DNA of 64,000 nt. Source: an uncultured Desulfarculaceae bacterium. GTDB lineage: Bacteria; Desulfobacterota; Desulfocorpusculales; Desulfocorpusculum. Shown here one piece after another: positions 8,662 to 16,729 of the stretch (the stretch's first letter is position 1; each line of letters begins with the position of its first letter). Location of the stretch: contig CAYPWF010000010.1 of the NCBI GenBank assembly GCA_964414345.1, forward strand, positions 7,115-71,114, written 5' to 3'. The notes under the pieces were generated by a model. That model made no database searches and was not told the origin of the DNA. It worked only from the letters and a program-made list of their open reading frames with translations. Position numbers and translations under genes: made by a program.

Positions 8662-9545
8662 ACGGGGAGCCACGCCTGATCTACCAGTATCTCCGCCATG
8701 ACAAGAAGTTCCCCCATGTGTGGTGCCCTGGCTGTGGGAACGGGATTGTTTTGGGCTCTCTCATCCGCACCGTGCACAAGCTGGGGCTTTCCAAGGACGA
8801 GGTGGTGCTGGTCTCAGGGATCGGGTGCGCCGGGAGGCTCCCGGTGTACGTGGACTTCAATACCCTTCACACCACTCACGGCCGAGCCCTCACCTTTGCA
8901 ACAGGCATAAAGCTGGCCAAGCCCCATCTCAAGGTGATGGTGATCATGGGGGACGGGGATGCCACAGCCATAGGGGGCAACCACCTGATTCATGCGGCGC
9001 GCCGCAACGTGGACCTCACGGCCATCATAGTGAACAACAACATATACGGCATGACTGGCGGCCAATCTTCCCCCACCACTCCCCACGGGCTGAGGGCCAG
9101 CACATCCCCATACGGCCACGCCGAGCACGCCTTTGACATATCCCGCCTGGTTGAGGCTGCGGGGGCGAGTCTCGTGGCCCGAGGTACCATCTACCACGTG
9201 AACCTGCTGGACAAGCTCCTGGAAAAGGCCACGGAGAAGGTGGGCTTTGCCGTGGTGGAGGTTATAAGCCACTGCCCCACGCATTTCGGGAAGCTAAACC
9301 TGCTGGGGGGGCCTGTGGATAGCATGCGCTGGATGTCCGAGCACGCCGTGCCAGTGGAGAGGGCCAGGAAGATGAAGCCTGAGGAGCTCCAGGGCAAGTT
9401 CAGAATAGGTGTTCTGGTGGACAGGGAGATGCCCGATTACCAGAGCGAGTACGAACGGGTGAGGCAGAGGGCCATGGAGGCTGTACCCTACCGCATAGAC
9501 CCTCAGGAGATCTCCAAGATGTTGGAGTCGCATCAGATTTATTGA
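8652..9545 (+). CDS. 2-oxoacid:ferredoxin oxidoreductase beta subunit (TPP-binding)
   Basis: WCPGCGNG, GIGC, and TPP-binding GDGDATAIGGNHLIHAARRNVDLTAIIVNNNIYGMTGGQ. Confidence 0.85.
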   Translation: MPVNGEPRLIYQYLRHDKKFPHVWCPGCGNGIVLGSLIRTVHKLGLSKDEVVLVSGIGCAGRLPVYVDFNTLHTTHGRALTFATGIKLAKPHLKVMVIMGDGDATAIGGNHLIHAARRNVDLTAIIVNNNIYGMTGGQSSPTTPHGLRASTSPYGHAEHAFDISRLVEAAGASLVARGTIYHVNLLDKLLEKATEKVGFAVVEVISHCPTHFGKLNLLGGPVDSMRWMSEHAVPVERARKMKPEELQGKFRIGVLVDREMPDYQSEYERVRQRAMEAVPYRIDPQEISKMLESHQIY

Positions 9546-10135
9546 GGCAGGAGCAAATGGCCGAGCGCTACGAGGTGAGGTTCAGCGGCACAGGGGGCCA
9601 GGGGGTCGTGCTGGCGGGCATGATCCTTGCCGAGGCAGCAGGGCTTTTCGGTGGCAAGCATGTGGTGCAGACTGTGAGCTATGGCCCCCAGGTGAGAGGG
9701 GGGAACAGCAATGCCGAGGTGGTCATAAGCCAGGAGGAGATAGACCATCCACGTCCCTTGGGCCTGGATCTTCTGGTGCCTTTTACTCAGCAGGGTTGCG
9801 ATGAGGGGGCAAAGTTGCTAAAGCCCAGGGGGGTGGTGCTTGTGGATCCGGAGCTGGTAAGCCAGATGCCAGAAGGCTGGGTGGCTTCTATTCCCCTCAG
9901 GAAGACTGCTTTGGAGGCCACCGGAAAGGCCCAGATGGCCAATGTGGTGTCTTTGGGGGCTGTAGTGGTACTTTGCCCCCACGTGGATTTGGAGGCCATG
10001 GTGGCGGCTGTGAAAGAGAGGGCCCCCAGGGGCTTGGAAGAGGTTTTCTTGAAGGCGCTGGAAGCAGGCTACAGGCTTGCGGACTCCATGCGCGAGAAGA
10101 TCTCCTTCAGGGAGGCACCCTCCCCGGAAGACTGA
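9542..10135 (+). CDS. 2-oxoacid:ferredoxin oxidoreductase gamma subunit
   Basis: Pyruvate/ketoisovalerate oxidoreductase gamma-subunit fold (GTGGQGVVLAGMILAEAA). Confidence 0.8.
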   Translation: MRQEQMAERYEVRFSGTGGQGVVLAGMILAEAAGLFGGKHVVQTVSYGPQVRGGNSNAEVVISQEEIDHPRPLGLDLLVPFTQQGCDEGAKLLKPRGVVLVDPELVSQMPEGWVASIPLRKTALEATGKAQMANVVSLGAVVVLCPHVDLEAMVAAVKERAPRGLEEVFLKALEAGYRLADSMREKISFREAPSPED

Positions 10136-10195
10136 GGTCCAGCTGCAAGCCGCCCTCCTGCCCCTCTTAAAAGGCGTGGAGGGTCCCTGCCATCC

Positions 10196-10322
10196 AGCCC
10201 TCATTACTCAAGCTCAGTGTATAATGCGGCCTGTCTCAAGGATATTAGGAGAAACCGGTCCAGGCTCAAAAACACCCTGACTCTCTGTGTCAGACTCGGC
10301 CCTGGCTCGGCTCGGAACATAT
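10196..10322 (+). repeat. 3'-truncated copy of the structured element, starts 61 nt after korC stop, co-oriented
   Basis: AGCCCTCATTACTCAAG ctca GTGTATAATGCGGCCT hairpin followed by GAAACCGGTCCAGGCTCAAAAACACCCTGA...GAGTCGG... homologous to the consensus 5' half. Confidence 0.65.
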
Positions 10323-10446
10323 CTTTCCCCTACCCGATCCCTCCTATCCCGGGTTTTCCCTCCCGCTTCTCTACCTCCAAGTAAACTTTACCTGGGCAAG
10401 GGCGACCAATAGGTTACCGGCTGTTCTTTTCGGCAAGGAGGAACCA

Positions 10447-10824
10447 ATGAAAAGTAATGAAACGAAGAAGAACTCAGGTGTTATACACAGAAGGATTTTC
10501 TCCAATGGCCTCCTAAAAGGAGCAGGCACACTTGCTCTTCTTGGGCTGGCAGTGGGACTTGTAGGCTGCGCAGCCACGGGGGGTGCAGGCGGGGCCCTGC
10601 TGGGTTACGGGATCACAGGCAATGCCAGGGGGGCTGCCCTGGGGGCCGGTGCCGGAATGCTTGCCGGTTCCCTGTTTGATGTAGGGGTCATAAGGCCCCA
10701 CCCCTACTCCTATGGACCGCCGGCCTATTACGGGCCGGCCCCTGGAAGGTGGGTTTATGTGCCCGGGTACTGGGATGCTTATGGCCGCTGGGTCCCACCC
10801 CAGCGTTACTGGGCGCCTTATTGA
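10447..10824 (+). CDS. Glycine-zipper lipoprotein with aromatic/Pro-rich C-terminal tail
   Basis: Lipobox LVGC; G/A-rich hydrophobic glycine-zipper segment; C-terminal YGPPAYYGPAPGRWVYVPGYWDAYGRWVPPQRYWAPY. Confidence 0.55.
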   Translation: MKSNETKKNSGVIHRRIFSNGLLKGAGTLALLGLAVGLVGCAATGGAGGALLGYGITGNARGAALGAGAGMLAGSLFDVGVIRPHPYSYGPPAYYGPAPGRWVYVPGYWDAYGRWVPPQRYWAPY

Positions 10825-10861
10825 AGAAAACATAACGAGGTAGGCTTTTGTTGTTTGGGAT

Positions 10862-10899
10862 TTCGGGCATCCGGTTTCCGGATGCCCGAAGTTTTTTAT
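10862..10899 (+). terminator. Rho-independent terminator after the lipoprotein gene
   Basis: TTCGGGCATCCGG-ttt-CCGGATGCCCGAA perfect 13-bp stem followed by GTTTTTTAT. Confidence 0.85.
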
Positions 10900-11120
10900 C
10901 CTGTTGTTGCAGGGGCCCAAAAAACACCCTGTTCCCCTTGTGCACGCAGTTCTCTTGACTTGCTTCCAAGGAGATTGCTGAATCGGCAAAAAGTCTTTGA
11001 TGAGTCTAAAGTCCTCAGTCATTGGTTTTATCCCTAAGAGCAATTTTCCCTTTTCTTATGAACCAGCCCTACCAACACATGTTGCACACGCACAGCTCCG
11101 ATAACGGGTGCGTATAGCCT

Positions 11121-11298
11121 TAGCCTGCATTATTCAGGATGAGTGAATAATACGGGCTATCTTATTGATGTATTTTGATAAGCCGGTCTGTGCTCAAAAG
11201 CACCCTGATTTTGGTTTCCAGATTTGATCCTGCTCTGAGTCGGAATATGTGGAAGTGGACCGGGGGCTTGGGGGCTTGAGTCCCCAAAGTTACGGGCT
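11121..11298 (+). repeat. Copy of the structured element (3' end truncated by ~20 nt)
   Basis: TAGCCTGCATTATTCAGGATGAGTGAATAATACGGGCT ... GCTCAAAAGCACCCTGATTTTGGTTTCCAGATTTGATCCTGCTCTGAGTCGGAATATG ... CTTGGGGGCTTGAGTCCCCAAAGTTACGGGCT. Confidence 0.9.
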
Positions 11299-11458
11299 GT
11301 ACAGGAGGCATGGCCCTACTGCCCTTCTTTTGCGAAACTCGCTCCCTTTAAAGTAGCGCAACTCGGCTTGCACAAGCCTGAAAGGACCAGACCCCGAGGG
11401 GAGCATCCCACGGGGTCTTGGGTTAAAAAGGAACCGCTGAAATCAGCAGAAGGAGTTT

Positions 11459-11534
11459 TGGCTCCCCGAGTAGGACTCGAACCTACAACCTAGTGGTTAA
11501 CAGCCACCCGCTCTGCCGATTGAGCTATCGGGGA
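11459..11534 (-). tRNA. tRNA-Asn (anticodon GUU), CCA encoded
   Basis: Reverse complement folds as 5' UCCCCGA acceptor / D-arm GCUC..GAGC / anticodon stem GGUGG-CUGUUAA-CCACU (GUU) / T-arm GUAGG-UUCGAGU-CCUAC / UCGGGGA-G-CCA. U1-A72 start as in E. coli tRNA-Asn. Confidence 0.85.
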
Positions 11535-11748
11535 TCTGAGCAGTTCCTAAAGCACCAATCCTAGTCAAAATTTTATACCAGAGGGCACCTCGCTTGTAAA
11601 GCCCGGCACATCTTTCTGTTCTCAGCATGTGAAATGCCAGGTGGGCCTTAGAAGGCATCTGTCCGCTTTCTTTAAGCCATCACCCTGTGACCGCACACGC
11701 TTTTTTACAATGAGGGGGTAGGCAAGGCTTGAGGTAGCACGCCAAAGC

Positions 11749-11812
11749 GTACGAGGGGTTTGGGAGGGGCGTAACCCCCGTACTCAAAGGCTTTGGAAAA
11801 TAATCCTGGCTA
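11749..11812 (+). repeat. 3'-terminal fragment (~64 nt) of the structured element
   Basis: GTACGAGGGGTTTGGGAGGGGCGTAACCCCCGTACTCAAAGGCTTTGGAAAATAATCCTGGCTA matches the consensus 3' end including the GC hairpin. Confidence 0.8.
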
Positions 11813-11937
11813 AGCTGGCTCCGCTGGTCTGCCCGGAGGAATTGGCCAGCTGGAAATCAAAAAAACCATTCAGATTTCTTTCGGCAGGGATTGCCTTGGA
11901 GCCCAAGGGGAGTAAATTCAAAGAATGGAGGTGCAAG

Positions 11938-12300
11938 ATGATGGGGCTTGAGGAATTGAGGCAGAGAAAGGACATACTGGTTCAGATCGACTGGGAGCTC
12001 ACCCCCCTTGAGGCAGTGGAGATGTTCGATCACAGGACCGGGGGTTTGAAATCAAGGCTGCAGGTGAGAAGTTACAAGGAGAAGCATTACTTTTTTTGTG
12101 TCGACAATTGGCGGGAAGAGCCACGCTTGGTTCTCAAGGAGCGCTCCATAAAGGAATCCAGGGTAATAGCTGAGGTCTGCGCCCCAAAAGAACTCCTTCA
12201 GGAGTGCATCTTGCAATACGGCGACCGCCAGGGGCTTTTCCCCCCAAGCGAGGCCTTGAAAGAGTGGTTGAGAAAAAATCTTTTCTACCAGAACCCTTAG
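11938..12300 (+). CDS. Hypothetical protein (~120 aa), lower GC, orphan
   Basis: ATGATGG start 6 nt after GGAGG. The ORF track begins at TTG 11842, but the ATG with RBS is preferred. No recognisable domain. The stop codon TAG is the first three nt of the downstream element copy. Confidence 0.5.
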   Translation: MMGLEELRQRKDILVQIDWELTPLEAVEMFDHRTGGLKSRLQVRSYKEKHYFFCVDNWREEPRLVLKERSIKESRVIAEVCAPKELLQECILQYGDRQGLFPPSEALKEWLRKNLFYQNP

Positions 12301-12495
12301 CCCGGATTGTTCTCCAAAGCCCTTAACTTTGGGGGCTCAAGCCCCAAAGCCTCCGGTACACTTCGCGACATTCCGACTCAAAGCAGGACCAGATCTGAAA
12401 CCAAGAATCAGGGTGCTTTTGAGCATAGACCGGCTTCTCAAAACATCTCATTAAGATAGCCCGCATTATCCACTGATCCTGAATAACACGGGCCA
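12298..12495 (-). repeat. Complete copy of the structured element (sense strand = minus), starts 46 nt after the cNMP-binding gene stop, co-oriented
   Basis: Reverse complement gives GGCCCGTGTTATTCAGGATCAGTGGATAATGCGGGCT...CTCAAAAGCACCCTGATTCTTGGTTTCAGATCTGGTCCTGCTTTGAGTCGG...CTTTGGGGCTTGAGCCCCCAAAG...GGAGAACAATCCGGGCTA. Confidence 0.9.
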
Positions 12496-12539
12496 GCAGG
12501 TCCGATGGAGCTTCTTACACCCTCCTGTTGTGAAATAGA

Positions 12540-13022
12540 TCAGATCTCCAGGAGTTTTTGGATGTCCGGGTGCTTGCGCATCACTCTTATGAACTGGTTG
12601 GTCCTTCTCTCAAGGCGTCTTTTGAAGACTTGGAACACCCGCTTCATGACCAGGTATGCCCAACGGGGTTCTCTCTCCAAGATCTCCAGGAAAACCTCCC
12701 CTGATATGGCCAGCACCTGGGAGGGCTCCACAGCCACGGCATAGGTGGTATGGAGCCCGTCTGGCACCAGGGAAGACCATCCAAAGGAGTAACCTCTTTT
12801 TATTGAACCCAATGAGATGATGATATCCTGGGCGATCTCCACCTCTAAGAGGATTTTTCCTTCTTTGAGCATGTAGAAATCCTGCGCCCTGGCTCCTTCC
12901 TCAAATATTACGGCCCCCGAGCTATATTCAACGAGGCGGGCCTGCGGTGCCATCTCTGTGAGGATGGATTGCGGAACTCCCTGAAGGAGAAGAATATCTT
13001 GCAAATCGGATGCAGAAACCAT
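12540..13022 (-). CDS. Stand-alone cyclic-nucleotide-binding (cNMP/CAP effector) domain protein
   Basis: 160 aa, typical cNMP-binding beta-roll (FEEGARAQDFYMLKEGKILLEV...SFGWSSLV); no DNA-binding HTH. Confidence 0.7.
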   Translation of the reverse strand: MVSASDLQDILLLQGVPQSILTEMAPQARLVEYSSGAVIFEEGARAQDFYMLKEGKILLEVEIAQDIIISLGSIKRGYSFGWSSLVPDGLHTTYAVAVEPSQVLAISGEVFLEILEREPRWAYLVMKRVFQVFKRRLERRTNQFIRVMRKHPDIQKLLEI

Positions 13023-13059
13023 AGGTTCCCTCCCTAAGACCTAGCCTCTTGAGTCCTTC

Positions 13060-14832
13060 TCAGCCAAAGAGAAAAAGCAGGTAAAGAAAAAGGATTGCCA
13101 TGGCGGCTCCCAATCCCACAGGAAGAGCCCCTGTAGCCATTGCCCTTCGGACTTCTGCCGCCGCATGGGCCAGGTCTTTGCTTTTCACCCCCTTTAATTT
13201 CCAGAGCGGAAAGAGAAAGAGCAGAGCCAAGCGAGAAGGCCCGTCTTGCGAAAGGCGGCTGAGCCCCGCTGCCGCTCCGTTCACCATCAGTTTCAGCTCA
13301 AGGGCTTCCAGCCTTGGAAGCAGTCTTCCCAACCCCCTGTAAAGGGCCTTTGCCCCCTTGCGGTAGAACCAATCCGCATCCAGATTGGCGGCCCTCATCT
13401 CTGCGGGGTATATGCCCGACAGAATAAGAAGGGTGAAGGCCAAAGAGGAGTAAAAAAGCAATTGGCTTTGGCTCAGCACATGCCCCTGAGTGTAGGGCAC
13501 ATAGTCCACGGGGTAGGGCAACTGGCTGTACAGAAAGCCTGGGGCCGATCCTATGAATACGCAAAGCCCTGCCGTGAGTCCCATGGCCAGGAGCATGTGG
13601 AGAGGAGCCTCCTTGGGTCTAAGTCCACTGTCATGGGAGAAAAAGGCAAAGTAAGGTATCTTGATGCCTGCATGATGGAAAACGCCCGCTGAGGCGAAAA
13701 GCAAGATGAACCAAATCACCCGCATGTCCCCCAGGGCCGCCGCCTCCATGACCATGGACTTGCTGACAAAACCGCTGAAAAATGGAAAAGCTGAGATGGA
13801 GGCGGCCCCCACCATGCAAAAGATACAGGTAAGAGGCATTGTGCGATAAAGCCCGCCCAGATCAGTGGCATGGATCCGGCCGGTTCTGTGAAGAACTGCC
13901 CCCATGGACATGAAAAGCAAAGCCTTGAAAAGGATGTCGTTGAAGGCGTGGCTTACGGCCCCGTTCAAGGCCAGGGGGGTCCCGATTCCGATGCCGCAGA
14001 CCATGAATCCCACCTGGTTTATGAGGCTATAAGACAATACCCTTCTCAGATCGTTTTCTATCACCGCGTAGAATATGGGGAATGCCGTCATGGCCGCCCC
14101 TATCCAAATCAAAGCCGGGGTGCCCGGGAAACCTCTGGCCAGGGCGTAAACAGCCGCTTTGGTGGTAAAGGCGCTCAGGAAAACAGTGCCTGTAACCGAG
14201 GCCTCGGGATATGCGTCGGTGAGCCATGCGTGAATCCCGGGCCATGCACAGTTGACGCCCATGCCCAGAAATATGAGAAGTGAGGCCGGTCCCTGCAGGC
14301 CAATAAAGCCAAATTCAGTAGAGCCTGTCTCAGAGACCTGGAGAACTATGCCGGCCATGAGCATGAGTCCGCCTGCCACGTGCACAAGCAGGTATCGAAA
14401 TCCTGCGGCCAGAGAGGCTCTTGTCCGTCTGGCCCAAATAATGAAAGCCGAGGCAACGCTTAGCAACTCCCAAAACACAAAAAGGCTCAGAAGATCCCCT
14501 GCAAAGACCACTCCAAGGGCGCAACCGGCATAAGCCATGGCTGCCCCCAGCTCCAGGGGGTCATCAACATGAAGAGAGTAAAGAAATCCCAAGAAGGCGA
14601 TGAGATGGAAGATATAGCCGAAAATGAGGCTCAATCTATCCACCCTGACCAGCACCAAGGTGTATCCAAAAGAATCCAGGCTCCAATGAAGGCCCTCTCC
14701 CAAGTGAAGCAGGTTCAAGAACCCCAGGACCGGCACCAGCAAAAGCAGCCCCTTGCGGCCCTTTCCTTTGAGAAGAGGAACCAGGGCAGCCCCAAGAAAA
14801 AAGACAAGAAAAGGGGCCACAGGCTCACTCAT
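13060..14832 (-). CDS. Mrp/NuoL-like proton-pumping antiporter subunit (MrpA/MrpD family)
   Basis: 590-aa polytopic protein with NuoL/M/N-type antiporter-fold TM helices (FVFWELLSVASAFIIW). Confidence 0.75.
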   Translation of the reverse strand: MSEPVAPFLVFFLGAALVPLLKGKGRKGLLLLVPVLGFLNLLHLGEGLHWSLDSFGYTLVLVRVDRLSLIFGYIFHLIAFLGFLYSLHVDDPLELGAAMAYAGCALGVVFAGDLLSLFVFWELLSVASAFIIWARRTRASLAAGFRYLLVHVAGGLMLMAGIVLQVSETGSTEFGFIGLQGPASLLIFLGMGVNCAWPGIHAWLTDAYPEASVTGTVFLSAFTTKAAVYALARGFPGTPALIWIGAAMTAFPIFYAVIENDLRRVLSYSLINQVGFMVCGIGIGTPLALNGAVSHAFNDILFKALLFMSMGAVLHRTGRIHATDLGGLYRTMPLTCIFCMVGAASISAFPFFSGFVSKSMVMEAAALGDMRVIWFILLFASAGVFHHAGIKIPYFAFFSHDSGLRPKEAPLHMLLAMGLTAGLCVFIGSAPGFLYSQLPYPVDYVPYTQGHVLSQSQLLFYSSLAFTLLILSGIYPAEMRAANLDADWFYRKGAKALYRGLGRLLPRLEALELKLMVNGAAAGLSRLSQDGPSRLALLFLFPLWKLKGVKSKDLAHAAAEVRRAMATGALPVGLGAAMAILFLYLLFLFG

Positions 14833-15085
14833 AGTAGTCCTCTTTGCGGATGACCAGGGGTCTTAGAATATACTTTGCCGCCAGTACCAGGGCCACGCAG
14901 GCCACAAAACCGAAAGCCGCGTAAAATCCGGGCCACTCCTCCCAAGGGAAAAGACTATGGCGGTGCACCACCAACTCGGCCAGCAGAAGCGCTCCCAGCC
15001 AGGGATAGTAGAGTCCGAAGAGTCTCTTGACATTTCGCGGTTTGTCGAAAAGATATTGGCGCTCCTCTTGTGCCCTATCCCCCAT
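14825..15085 (-). CDS. Small 2-TM membrane protein within the Mrp-like cluster
   Basis: 86 aa; overlapping start/stop with the neighbouring antiporter genes; two hydrophobic helices. Confidence 0.45.
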   Translation of the reverse strand: MGDRAQEERQYLFDKPRNVKRLFGLYYPWLGALLLAELVVHRHSLFPWEEWPGFYAAFGFVACVALVLAAKYILRPLVIRKEDYYE

Positions 15086-15232
15086 GACTACACCTTTCTC
15101 AAAGAGTCTTCCAGAAAATCAAGCCCAGGTACAGGACCCCCAGGGCCAAGGCTCCCAAGAAGAATCTCTTGTACCCCGGCACCGGCTCATGGGCCAGCAC
15201 CATGCGATGCTCCTGCTGGGACTCCATGCTCT

Positions 15233-16714
15233 TCACACTCTCCAGACTTCTCTTACGGCCAAAGCCGTCAGGTCCAAAAGCACACCAGGGAAAAAGAAAA
15301 GCAGCACGCAGCCCAACGCTGTAACAAGGGGAGCCCAGGTGCAAAGGGAAGAAAGCTCCGGCAGCCTCTCAGTGGGTTCCCCCTTTGGGATGGGCAGAAA
15401 AAAAGCCTTATAAACCACAGGCATCAGATACGCCGCGTTTAGAAGAGAACTCAGCAAAAGGACCATGAGGGGCACTGTCTGCTCGGTTGCCACGCAGCCT
15501 AGGGCCAGATACCACTTGCTCAGGAACCCGGCCAAGGGAGGTACCCCCATAATGCTGAGGGAGGCTGCCAAAAAGGCTCCCATGGTCAGGGGCATACGTC
15601 TTCCGATACCGTGCATTTGGCTTATGCGCTGCTTTCCCGTTGCCACGTACAGGGCCCCGGCGCAAAAAAAGAGGCTTATTTTCCCAAGAGCATGAGTGGC
15701 CAGATGGGCCATTGCTCCCTGAAGGCCCTCTGGGCTGAGCAAAGCGCCCCCCAGGATTATGTATGAAAGCTGGCCCACCGTGGAATAGGCCAGCATCCTC
15801 TTGAGCCCGTCTTGGCAAAGGGCTGCAAGGGATGCCGCCACCATGGTTGCAGCTGCCAGAGCCAGAACCAGGGAATCCAAACCGCTGGAGCCAAGCAGTT
15901 CCAGTCCGAAAATCCCTGCTAGAACCCTAAGAATGCTGAACACTCCCACTTTTACCACCGCCACCGCATGCAAAAGCGCGCTTACAGGCGTGGGGGCCAC
16001 CATGGCAGCTGGAAGCCAGCCGTGAAAGGGCATTATTGCCGCCTTTGCGAAACCGAAGAGAAACATCAGGAGCAAGGTTGCCAGCTCCAGGCCCGAGAAC
16101 CCAGCCTGTTTCAATATGCCATCCGGAACAAAGTCCAAGGTGTTTGCCGCCCCGTAACACACCAGCATGGCCGGCAGCACAAGCCCAATGGATCCCCCAA
16201 CTATGTAAAGAAGATACCTGCGCCCCGCACTCCTGGCCTCCGGATCCTGGTGGTGAGTCACTAGGGGATAGGTGGCAAAAGATAGAAGTTCATAGAAGAG
16301 GTAGAGAGTCAGGAGATTCGCCGAGAAGGCAACCCCTAGTGTGGAGAAAAGGGCCAAGGCGAAATAGCAGTAATAACGGGTTTGGCCGTGCTCCTTGAGG
16401 CCCCTCATGTATCCTATGGAGTAAAGGGAAGTCACGATCCACAGGCTGGATGAGATCAAGGCGAAGAGAATACCCATCGCATCTACTCTAAAAGCAATGG
16501 GGACTCCCGGGAAAACTTCCGCCACCTGGAAGAAGAGATTCTCTCCCCCTAGAACGCTTGGTAGCATGCTTAGCACCAAGGCCAGCTTTGCCAGCCCGGC
16601 CGCCAGGGTCCAGCCTTCCCTCACGTCAGGGGAACGGGCTGAAAGCAGCAAGGGAACAACACCGAGGGATGCCCCCACAGCCAAGAGGGGAAGTGTGGAG
16701 TTCACGTCGGCCAT
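15233..16714 (-). CDS. Mrp antiporter subunit D-like (NuoN/MrpD family), second copy
   Basis: 493-aa NuoN/MrpD-type membrane protein. Confidence 0.75.
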   Translation of the reverse strand: MADVNSTLPLLAVGASLGVVPLLLSARSPDVREGWTLAAGLAKLALVLSMLPSVLGGENLFFQVAEVFPGVPIAFRVDAMGILFALISSSLWIVTSLYSIGYMRGLKEHGQTRYYCYFALALFSTLGVAFSANLLTLYLFYELLSFATYPLVTHHQDPEARSAGRRYLLYIVGGSIGLVLPAMLVCYGAANTLDFVPDGILKQAGFSGLELATLLLMFLFGFAKAAIMPFHGWLPAAMVAPTPVSALLHAVAVVKVGVFSILRVLAGIFGLELLGSSGLDSLVLALAAATMVAASLAALCQDGLKRMLAYSTVGQLSYIILGGALLSPEGLQGAMAHLATHALGKISLFFCAGALYVATGKQRISQMHGIGRRMPLTMGAFLAASLSIMGVPPLAGFLSKWYLALGCVATEQTVPLMVLLLSSLLNAAYLMPVVYKAFFLPIPKGEPTERLPELSSLCTWAPLVTALGCVLLFFFPGVLLDLTALAVREVWRV

Positions 16715-16729
16715 GGTTCAGCCTTACCT

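Noticed and set aside
7627-8673. 348-aa ORF on the minus strand antisense to korA, and similar long antisense ORFs (24430-25056, 26223-26939, 31068-32087, 33647-34822, 48131-49306, 63401-63952)
   Set aside because: High-GC antisense frames opposite clearly homologous genes; no recognisable domains, Pro/Gly/His/Arg-rich composition.
7266-10135. Assigning the four-subunit oxidoreductase specifically as pyruvate:ferredoxin oxidoreductase (porDABG)
   Set aside because: Subunit order and size fit Por, Vor and Kor equally. Adjacency to gltA/acn favours Kor, but specificity cannot be read from sequence here; left generic.
11300-11760. Integrase or transposase adjacent to tRNA-Asn / tRNA-Pro
   Set aside because: No ORF of adequate size or recombinase motifs near either tRNA; only the short repeats and a 120-aa orphan ORF.
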